NCBI GenBank assembly: GCA_023150935.1
Contig: JAKLJW010000027.1
Location: 4,556-68,555 of the forward strand
DNA length: 64,000 nt
Source of the DNA: Candidatus Binatia bacterium
Lineage (GTDB): Bacteria > Desulfobacterota > Binatia > HRBIN30
Direction of reading: 5' to 3'
Shown: positions 52,640 to 64,000 of the stretch, one piece after another
Layout: every line of letters starts with the position of its first letter
How positions within the stretch are numbered: position 1 is the first letter of the stretch
Position numbers and translations under genes: made by a program
The notes under the pieces: generated by a model
Databases searched by the model: none
What the model was told of the DNA's origin: nothing
The model's input: only the letters and a program-made list of their open reading frames with translations

Positions 52640-55102
52640 ATGGGCGATTGGAGGGTGTTGCGTGCGGGCAGCGAGCGGGGCGGCAGGCGACGCCGGATCG
52701 GGCTGGCGTTGGCGGCGCTCGGGTGTGTGGCGGCGGCAGCCGCCATTCCGCAGGTGGAGTTGGTCAGTGTCAACATCTTCGGCGGCGCCGGCAATGCGCT
52801 CAGCAACAGTCCGGCAGTCAACCTCGACGGCAACATAGTCGCCTTTTACTCAGACGCCTCCAACCTCGTCCAGGGCGATCGGAACGAGGTGCGCGACGTG
52901 TTTGTGCGGGATCTCGATGCCGGCGTCACCGAGAGAGTGAGCGTGAGCGGCACGGGTGCGCAGGCCAACGGCCCCAGCCACAAACAGGGCGATGCCCCGG
53001 GCCTCAGCGCCAACGGCAACATCGTCGCTTTCTATTCGGACGCTACGAATCTGGTCGATGCGGACACCAATGGTCAGACCGACGTGTTCGTGCGTGTGCG
53101 CGACGGCGGCGTTACCGAGTTGATCAGCGTCGGGGCGGACGGTGCGCCGGCCAACGGACCGAGCCTGTTTCCGAGCGCCAGCGGCGACGGCCGTTACGTC
53201 GCCTTCCAGTCCCTGGCGACCAATCTCCTGGCTGAAGCCGTTAGCGGTCAGGCCGACATATACGTGCGCGACCGGGTGTCCGGTGCCACTGTCCGTGCGT
53301 GTCCGGGGTTCCAGCGCAACGGACCCGCCATCGCGCCCTCGCTGAGCGCCGACGGCACCGCCGTTGCGTTTGCCGCCGCCGACACGGCGCTGGTGCCGGC
53401 GACCGTCAATCGCTTTTTCCAGATCTACGTGTGCGTTCTCCAGAGCGGCACGGTTTCGCTGGCGAGCGTCAATAACGCCGGCCAACCGGGTAACGCCGAC
53501 AGTTTCCTGCCGGCGTTGAACGAGAACGGCACGCTGGTCGCTTTCAAGTCGAACGCCGACAACCTCGTGCCCGACGACCGGAACGGTTTTGTCGATGTCT
53601 TTGCCCGCGACCTGGCGGCGAGCCAGACCGAACGCATCAGCGTGTCGTTCCGGGGCGGCGATGCGGACGACCTGTCGTTTCCGCCGGCGGTCGATTACGA
53701 GGGGCGCTTCGTGGCCTTCGGTTCGCTCGCTTCGGATCTCGTGCCCAACGACTTCAACGGCAAACCCGGCGTGTTCGTCCGCGACCGTACCGGCGGGGTT
53801 ACCTTCCTCGGCGACGTGAACCACCTCGGGCAGCAGGGCAACGGCACCGTGCCGGACGATCCGCCGGCCCTCAGCGGCGGCGGTCGTTCGCTCGCCTACG
53901 CGTCGACGGCCACCAACCTCGCCCCCAACAACCCCGATTCCATGCTCAGCGTCTTCATCGGCCGCAATCCGTTCGCATGTGTCGACGATGAGGATTGCCC
54001 CGCCGGTTTCGTTTGCATCGAGGGTTTCTGCTCCCTGCTCGGCACGCCGACGCCGACGCCGACGCGTACCTCCACGCCGACGCCCGGGCCGGACGACTGC
54101 TGCCAGTGTCCGGGCCCGCTGTGCGAGGCGCCGGGAGCGACGGGTTGCCCGGCGAATTGCGAGGCGGTGTATGCGGCGCTGTGCGAGGACGGGATCAACT
54201 GCGTGACGTTCACGCCGACGTCGACGCCCACCCCGACGCCGACGCATACGGCGACGCCGACGCCCGGACCGGACGATTGCTGCCAGTGTCCGGGTCCGCT
54301 GTGCGAGGCGCCGGGAGCGACGGGTTGTCCGGAGAACTGCGAGGCAGTGTATGCGGCGCTGTGCGAGGACGGGATCAACTGCGTGACGTTCACGCCGACG
54401 CCGACCGCCACGGCGACGCCGACGCCGGGGCCGGACGACTGCTGCCAGTGTCCGGGTCCGTTGTGCGAGGCGCCGGGAGCGACGGGTTGCCCGGCGAACT
54501 GCGAGGCCGTGTACAAGGCGGTGTGCGAGGCGGGGATCACTTGCGTGACGGTCACGCCGGGTGGGACGTTGACGCCGACGCCGACCGCGACCCCGACGCC
54601 GACCGCGAGTGCGCAGGACTGTTGTCAGTGCGGCGCCAATCGGTGTCAGGCGCCGGGGGCCGAGGGCTGTCCAACCGATTGCGACATCGTGCGCGAGGCG
54701 GTGTGCCTCGACAACACCACCTGCGCCACCTTCACGCCGACGCCGACTGCGACCCCGACGCCGACCGCGGGTGCGCAGGACTGTTGTCAGTGCGGCCGCG
54801 ACCAGTGCGAAGCGCCGGGTAACGACGGCTGCCCGCCGCAGTGCGACATCGTCCGTAACGCGGCTTGCATCGGCGGGACAACCTGTACCGCCTTCACGCC
54901 GACCTCGACACCGACGGTAACGGCGACGGTGACGCGGACGTCGGTGCCGACGCGAACGCCGACGCGCCGGTCGCAATACGACGACGACGGGTGCAGCCTG
55001 ACGCCGGCATCGGGAGATGGTGGGAGCGGCGCCGGGCTGTTGTGGCTGCTCGCGCCGGCAGCGGTACTCGGGTGGCGCCGCCGGGCCAGATCGGCCCGTT
55101 GA
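52640..55102 (+). CDS. secreted TolB-like beta-propeller protein with five tandem 8-Cys 'DCCQC' modules, Thr/Pro linkers and MYXO-CTERM-like sorting tail
   Basis: Frame of ORF 52622..55102. ATG 52640 follows AAGGAGG. Signal-like RRRRIGLALAALGCVAAAAAI. About 8 repeats of ...NG.S..P.LS.DG..VAF.S.A.NLV..D.N...DVFVRD.... The C-terminus is DDDGCSLTPASGDGGSGAGLLWLLAPAAVLGWRRRARSAR. Confidence 0.85.
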   Translation: MGDWRVLRAGSERGGRRRRIGLALAALGCVAAAAAIPQVELVSVNIFGGAGNALSNSPAVNLDGNIVAFYSDASNLVQGDRNEVRDVFVRDLDAGVTERVSVSGTGAQANGPSHKQGDAPGLSANGNIVAFYSDATNLVDADTNGQTDVFVRVRDGGVTELISVGADGAPANGPSLFPSASGDGRYVAFQSLATNLLAEAVSGQADIYVRDRVSGATVRACPGFQRNGPAIAPSLSADGTAVAFAAADTALVPATVNRFFQIYVCVLQSGTVSLASVNNAGQPGNADSFLPALNENGTLVAFKSNADNLVPDDRNGFVDVFARDLAASQTERISVSFRGGDADDLSFPPAVDYEGRFVAFGSLASDLVPNDFNGKPGVFVRDRTGGVTFLGDVNHLGQQGNGTVPDDPPALSGGGRSLAYASTATNLAPNNPDSMLSVFIGRNPFACVDDEDCPAGFVCIEGFCSLLGTPTPTPTRTSTPTPGPDDCCQCPGPLCEAPGATGCPANCEAVYAALCEDGINCVTFTPTSTPTPTPTHTATPTPGPDDCCQCPGPLCEAPGATGCPENCEAVYAALCEDGINCVTFTPTPTATATPTPGPDDCCQCPGPLCEAPGATGCPANCEAVYKAVCEAGITCVTVTPGGTLTPTPTATPTPTASAQDCCQCGANRCQAPGAEGCPTDCDIVREAVCLDNTTCATFTPTPTATPTPTAGAQDCCQCGRDQCEAPGNDGCPPQCDIVRNAACIGGTTCTAFTPTSTPTVTATVTRTSVPTRTPTRRSQYDDDGCSLTPASGDGGSGAGLLWLLAPAAVLGWRRRARSAR
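54083..54900 (+). repeat. in-frame tandem DNA repeats (5 units, 160-180 nt; first three near-identical) encoding the Cys-rich modules
   Basis: Units start near 54083, 54263, 54425, 54613 and 54775. Units 1-3 share long identical runs such as GACTGCTGCCAGTGTCCGGG.CCG.TGTGCGAGGCGCCGGGAGCGACGGGTTG. Confidence 0.85.
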
Positions 55103-55104
55103 AG

Positions 55105-56409
55105 ATGCAGATGGAACACGGACATGGCGCCGCCGCCCGGGGGCCCATGTCCGCGTTCCGGCTTGCGCGGCAGAGCCCACGCCGCGATGTGTGGCTGCTG
55201 TTTGCCGCCCGCGTCGTGCGGGTTTTCTGTTACGGCCTGCTGTCGGTCGTACTGGCGCTCTACCTCGGACAGATCGGACTGTCGGAACGCGCGATCGGCT
55301 TGTTACTCACGTTGACGCTGGCCGGCGATGCCGGCATTTCGTTGTGGTTGACGACGAGTGCCGACCGCTTCGGCCGGCGGCGCACGCTCTTGCTGGGTGC
55401 GCTGTTGATGGCCGGAGCCGGCGTGGTCTTTGCCGCCACCTCGAATCCGCTGGTTCTGATGGCGGCGGCGATCGTCGGCGTAATCAGCCCCGGGGGGAAC
55501 GAGATCGGGCCCTTCCTGCCGGTTGAGCAGGCCGGCCTGACCCAGGCGATTCCCGACGGTTGGCGGACGACGGTATTCGCCTGGTATGCGCTTTGCGGAT
55601 CGTTCGCGACGGCGCTCGGGGCGCTGGTCGGGGGTTGGGTTACTCAGGGTCTGCGGGACGCCGGCGTGCCGGCGACGGATGCTTACCGAGCCGTGCTGAT
55701 CGGCTACGCCGGTGGCGGCATCGTTCTGCTGGTTCTGTTCGCCCTGGTGTCGGCGAACATCGAAGTGCCGGCGGCGGCGCGTCGACCCGACGTTGCCCGC
55801 ACGCTGGGTTTGCACCGCTCGCGCGGAGTCGTCATGCGGTTAAGCGCTCTGTTCGCTCTGGATGCCTTCGCCGGCGGACTTATCGTGCAGAGCCTGATGG
55901 CTTACTGGTTTCACGTGCGCTTCGGCGTCGACGTCGGGGTGATCGGCAGCATCTTTTTCGGGGCGAACGTGCTGGCCGGCGTGTCGGCGCTGTTGGCCGG
56001 GCGGCTGGCGGCCCGCTTTGGGCTCATCAACACGATGGTGTTCACGCACATTCCGTCGAACGTGATGCTGATGCTCGTCCCGTTGATGCCGACGCTGGAA
56101 TGGGCGATTGCCGTGCTGCTGTTGCGCTTCAGCATCTCGCAGATGGACGTGCCGACGCGGCAGTCGTACACGATGGCGGTGGTAGCGCCTGACGAACGTG
56201 CCGCCGCCGCCGGCGTGACGGGTATCGCCCGCTCCGTAGGGGCGGCGTTATCGCCGTCGCTGGCAGGGATATTCCTCAGCGTGGGGGCCCTCTTCAGCGC
56301 GCCGTTCTTTCTGTCCGGCGGATTGAAGATCGTCTACGACCTGCTGCTGTACCGGAGTTTTCAAGGACTGAAGCCCCCGGAAGAGGGCGGCGGGTCGAGG
56401 CGGGTGTGA
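55105..56409 (+). CDS. MFS transporter (start uncertain: ATG 55105, 55111 or 55147)
   Basis: Frame of ORF 54865..56409. 12-TM pattern with the MFS loop motif SADRFGRRRTLL. Confidence 0.8.
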   Translation: MQMEHGHGAAARGPMSAFRLARQSPRRDVWLLFAARVVRVFCYGLLSVVLALYLGQIGLSERAIGLLLTLTLAGDAGISLWLTTSADRFGRRRTLLLGALLMAGAGVVFAATSNPLVLMAAAIVGVISPGGNEIGPFLPVEQAGLTQAIPDGWRTTVFAWYALCGSFATALGALVGGWVTQGLRDAGVPATDAYRAVLIGYAGGGIVLLVLFALVSANIEVPAAARRPDVARTLGLHRSRGVVMRLSALFALDAFAGGLIVQSLMAYWFHVRFGVDVGVIGSIFFGANVLAGVSALLAGRLAARFGLINTMVFTHIPSNVMLMLVPLMPTLEWAIAVLLLRFSISQMDVPTRQSYTMAVVAPDERAAAAGVTGIARSVGAALSPSLAGIFLSVGALFSAPFFLSGGLKIVYDLLLYRSFQGLKPPEEGGGSRRV

Positions 56410-56415
56410 GCGCGC

Positions 56416-56461
56416 GGCTCCCGCCGAGCCGCCGTCAGGCCATCGCGGCTCGGCGGGAGCC
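56416..56461 (+). terminator. strong hairpin immediately after the MFS gene
   Basis: GGCTCCCGCCGAGCCGC-12 nt-GCGGCTCGGCGGGAGCC, a perfect 17 bp stem starting 7 nt after the stop. No T-tract follows. Confidence 0.5.
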
Positions 56462-56694
56462 TCGCCCTCCCCATCTGAATTCCATGCGCCCCGCGCGTAA
56501 ACTCGGCGTTCGGCTTCCACTCCGTACACGTACTCAGCGAAGCGGTACACGTACTCGTTCACGGACAGGGGGCACGCAGCGATGAAATTGAACCACGGGC
56601 GATTGCACGCCTACGAGGAAGTGGCCGTGTACGAGTACGTGAACGAGTACGAGTACAGAGGACAGCCCGGCCCGGCGGCGCCAGGTCGGCGCGT

Positions 56695-58224
56695 CTACCG
56701 GTAGGTGCGCAGAAGGTACACGGCCAGGTCGTGACGTTGCTCCGCGGTCAACTGGTTCGTCGGCATCGGGGACGGCGGCGTGCGCAGCAGGGCCGCGAGT
56801 GAGGCGATCGTGTAGCGCGCCGCGAGGGCTTGCAGCGGTTTGTACGCGTCGCCGGCCGCCTGACCCACGATATGGCAGCGCTCGCAATCGTTGGCGCGCC
56901 ACAGCGCGGCACCGCGCGCCGCGGTCTGCTCGAGCGCCGTTGCGTCGAGGCCGGCGAGCGGATCGTCGTGCGGGGTGACCGCGCTCGCGGCGTCTCCCCG
57001 TGCCGCGGTGCCGTGCGCGACGCGGTAGATCTGGCCGGTGAAATCGTCCGAAACGTAAAGCGCGCCGTCGGGGCCGACCGCGACGTCGACCGGACGTCCG
57101 TATACCCGATCGTTGCGCAGGAATCCGGTGACGAACGGGTGCTCGCCGATGGAACCGTCCGGTGCGAAACGCAGGGCCACCACTTCGTAACCGATCTTCC
57201 TGGAGCGGTTCCAGGAGCCGTGCAGGGCGACGAAGGCGACACCGTCGTACTCGGGTGGGAACGCCGCTACGGCGGTGCCGGCGGGGCGGCGGTAGAAGGT
57301 CATGCCGAGGGGAGCGGTATGGGCGGCGAAGCCGTGCGCGGGGGGAAGGGAGGCGGCGATCTGGGCCTCGCGACCGGCGCCGAGATCGGGGTCGGGAATG
57401 CGGTTGCCGTTGGCGAAGGGCCAGCCGTAGAAGCCGCCCTCGATGACACGGTTGAACTCGCAGGGCGGGAAGTCGTCGCCCAGCAGGTCGCGGCCGTTGT
57501 CGGTGGCGTAGAGCGCGCCCGTGCCGGGTTGCCACTCGAAGTCCACGGCATTGCGCAGCCCGGTAGCGAAGATCTGCTCGCCGCTCCCGTCGGCCTCGTA
57601 TCGGAGAATGGCGGCGCGGCGCTTATCGGCCTCTATGCAGACGTTGCAGCTCGAGCCGACGGAGACATAGAGCTTGCCGTCGGGTCCGACGTCGACGGTG
57701 CGGGTCCAGTGGTTGCCGCCATCGGGGAGGCCGGTAACGATGCGTTCGGGTGTGCCGCTAACGGTACCGCCGGCGGCATCGAAGCGGACGCGCGCGACGG
57801 CGGTGGTTTCGGCGACGTACAGCCACCCGTCGTGCAGGGCGAGGCCGTGCGGTTGATGGAGTCCGGTGAGCAGCTTGCGTTGTCCGTCGGCAAGGCCATC
57901 GCCGTCGGTATCGCGCCCAATGAGCCACACCGTGCCGGTGCGCGGGGAGCTGACGAGCAGGTCGCCGGCCGGCGTGAAGCGCAGGAGGCGAGCGTTCTCG
58001 ATGCCGGTGGCGTAGACGTTGATGAAGAACCCCTCGGGCACGGCAACGCGTTGGCGCAGCTCCGACTCGGGCATGGGATTGCCGCTGAAGCCGGGGAAGT
58101 TGATGGTCAGGCCGCCCGGCAGCCTGGCGTAGCCGCACTGCGCGACGGCCATCGTGCACGTCAGTCCGACCAGAGCCACAGCGCTCCGGGACCCGAAGCC
58201 GGGCGGCCGCCACGCGTGCATCAT
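56695..58224 (-). CDS. PQQ-dependent sugar (sorbosone/glucose) dehydrogenase fused to a C-terminal cytochrome c domain
   Basis: 509 aa. Signal-like N-terminus, GLRNAVDFEWQPGTGALYATDNGRD and GGFYGWP propeller motifs, and C-terminal heme motif CERCH. Confidence 0.8.
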   Translation of the reverse strand: MMHAWRPPGFGSRSAVALVGLTCTMAVAQCGYARLPGGLTINFPGFSGNPMPESELRQRVAVPEGFFINVYATGIENARLLRFTPAGDLLVSSPRTGTVWLIGRDTDGDGLADGQRKLLTGLHQPHGLALHDGWLYVAETTAVARVRFDAAGGTVSGTPERIVTGLPDGGNHWTRTVDVGPDGKLYVSVGSSCNVCIEADKRRAAILRYEADGSGEQIFATGLRNAVDFEWQPGTGALYATDNGRDLLGDDFPPCEFNRVIEGGFYGWPFANGNRIPDPDLGAGREAQIAASLPPAHGFAAHTAPLGMTFYRRPAGTAVAAFPPEYDGVAFVALHGSWNRSRKIGYEVVALRFAPDGSIGEHPFVTGFLRNDRVYGRPVDVAVGPDGALYVSDDFTGQIYRVAHGTAARGDAASAVTPHDDPLAGLDATALEQTAARGAALWRANDCERCHIVGQAAGDAYKPLQALAARYTIASLAALLRTPPSPMPTNQLTAEQRHDLAVYLLRTYR

Positions 58225-58263
58225 GCGGTTCGACTACCACGCGCCGCGCCGCAGGTCAGCCCC

Positions 58264-58342
58264 GGTGGAACGTGCGCTCCGCGCGCGTTTTCATGTATTC
58301 CGCGTGGTGGAACGTGCGCTCCGCGCGCGTTCACGTATTCCC
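58264..58342 (+). repeat. two tandem copies of a 38 nt palindrome-containing unit
   Basis: GGTGGAACGTGCGCTCCGCGCGCGTTTTCATGTATTCC then GGTGGAACGTGCGCTCCGCGCGCGTTCACGTATTCC. Each unit holds the hairpin GAACG(T)GCGC-tcc-GCGCGCGTTC. The reverse complement contains GGAATACATGAAAAC, the core of repeat R. Confidence 0.8.
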
Positions 58343-58354
58343 TGCAAGTTCGGA

Positions 58355-58480
58355 ATGCGCCCCGATAATGCAAGGACGATTGCTCGCCGGCTCGCTCGCG
58401 CGGTGGAGGAGAGGCTTTCGGTGTTCCCGGCGGTTGTGCTGCCCGGGCCGCGTCAGGTCGGTAAGACCACCTCAGCCAAA
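58355..58480 (+). pseudogene. N-terminal fragment of a DUF4143-type AAA ATPase
   Basis: MRPDNARTIARRLARAVEERLSVFPAVVLPGPRQVGKTTSAK matches the start, including the P-loop, of a protein that is normally about 400 aa. Similarity ends after about 42 aa. Confidence 0.55.
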
Positions 58481-58653
58481 GGACCGATGACGGGCGCGGG
58501 GACACGGCAAGATCGCCGACGGAGCCTTGATACGCCTCCCCGGGTATGTGCTTGAATTCGCTTGACGGGCATTTTCTTCTTTGGAACGGGCATCCTTTCG
58601 TGTTATGGGCGCGAATACAGGGCTTGTCCTGTCCACAAACAAGGAGGGGAGTC

Positions 58654-59214
58654 ATGAACCGATGGTCGCTTCGCTTTGGCGCCGTGGCGGTAGTAGCGGT
58701 GATGTGTACGGCTTCGGCTGTGCACGCCGCGGATTCGTGCCTGGCGCCGTGTGCCAAGGTGCCGAAGAAGTCACGGCACGTGTCTACGGCTGCCCCGGTG
58801 CCGTTGCCCGCCGGGCCGATGGCCGGACCGATCCTCACCACGCCGGGCGCCACGCTGGCGAAGGGCAACAAGAAGAAAGTGGTCACCGTGGATGCGACAA
58901 TAACCTCGGGAATGCCGGTGCCCATGCCGATGATCCTGTCAATGGGGGCGACGCTTAACGGCGTGGCGATGGAGCCTACCACCGGGGTATATATGGACTG
59001 CGCCGGCACCGCGATGACGCCCTGGTTCGGGGGCCCGTTGGCCGGCTGCACGGTGTCCGCGACGTTCTGGCTCGATCTCGATCAGGCGGAGACCGCTTCC
59101 CCGGGGACGTTCATCGGCCTGCCGCTGACCGTGGTGCTCCTGGGCGGTGACGCGGCGGGTGGGGGCGGGCCGCCGGTGTCGGCTTCGATGAACGTGCGGC
59201 AGGAAGGCAAGTAG
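58654..59214 (+). CDS. secreted hypothetical protein
   Basis: Frame of ORF 58546..59214 from ATG 58654 (RBS AAGGAGGGGAG). Signal peptide MNRWSLRFGAVAVVAVMCTASAVHA/AD. 186 aa. Confidence 0.6.
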   Translation: MNRWSLRFGAVAVVAVMCTASAVHAADSCLAPCAKVPKKSRHVSTAAPVPLPAGPMAGPILTTPGATLAKGNKKKVVTVDATITSGMPVPMPMILSMGATLNGVAMEPTTGVYMDCAGTAMTPWFGGPLAGCTVSATFWLDLDQAETASPGTFIGLPLTVVLLGGDAAGGGGPPVSASMNVRQEGK

Positions 59215-59240
59215 GCGCGGCGCGCCCGCGCGCCGTCAGG

Positions 59241-64000
<4,760 letters not shown>

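Noticed and set aside
54040-54960. Regularly spaced repeats considered as a CRISPR array.
   Set aside because: The repeats are 160-180 nt long, in frame within a long ORF, and encode Cys-rich modules plus Thr/Pro linkers. No cas genes are present and there is no short repeat-spacer structure.
56582-56704. 40 aa ORF MKLNHGRLHAYEEVAVYEYVNEYEYRGQPG... in the MFS/dehydrogenase intergenic region.
   Set aside because: The Tyr/Glu pattern is a by-product of the GTAC-periodic inverted repeat. There is no RBS, and the ORF runs into the 3' end of the convergent dehydrogenase gene.

Overview
High-GC (about two-thirds G+C by eye) bacterial chromosomal window, so most long antisense or off-frame ORFs in the supplied track are shadow ORFs. 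The gene content points to a deltaproteobacterium-like, Myxococcota-like or related uncultured lineage. Supporting this are a pilB-pilT-pilC-[pilS/R position]-pilA order, heavy sigma-54 usage and a MYXO-CTERM-like sorting tail.

Layout:
- 1-5.6 kb: housekeeping genes (membrane protein, glyQS, ppdK).
- 5.9-20.1 kb: a complete type IV pilus (T4P) motor, regulation, pilin and minor-pilin cluster. It has three sigma-54 type promoters, a one-polypeptide PilS-sensor/PilR-output fusion, and two TMTC-like GT-C/TPR glycosyltransferases wedged between pilA and pilD.
- 20.2-25.7 kb: two CheY-type receivers, then tmk-holB-ricT-metG-tatD.
- 25.8-33.6 kb: an accessory patch scarred by HUH/Y1-transposase fragments and dispersed repeats. 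It carries a 4-hydroxyphenylacetate-decarboxylase-like glycyl radical enzyme cassette (large subunit, Cys-rich small subunit, activase) behind a sigma-54 promoter, a nucleotidyltransferase pair and two VapBC modules.
- 33.6-38.4 kb: a YtcA/HlyD/FUSC efflux operon.
- 38.5-40.4 kb: ppk2 and gnd.
- 40.4-52.4 kb, minus strand: GT39, LolA-like protein, larC and a MoxR-DUF58-VWA operon.
- 52.6-55.1 kb: a secreted beta-propeller protein with five tandem 8-Cys 'DCCQC' modules and a MYXO-CTERM-like tail.
- 55.1-59.2 kb: MFS transporter, PQQ dehydrogenase-cytochrome c, repeat scars and a small secreted protein.
- 59.2-64.0 kb: a single ORF encoding two complete UvrA units fused head to tail, running off the window.

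No rRNA, tRNA or CRISPR array was recognised. All homology statements come from motif recognition by eye. No database search was run.
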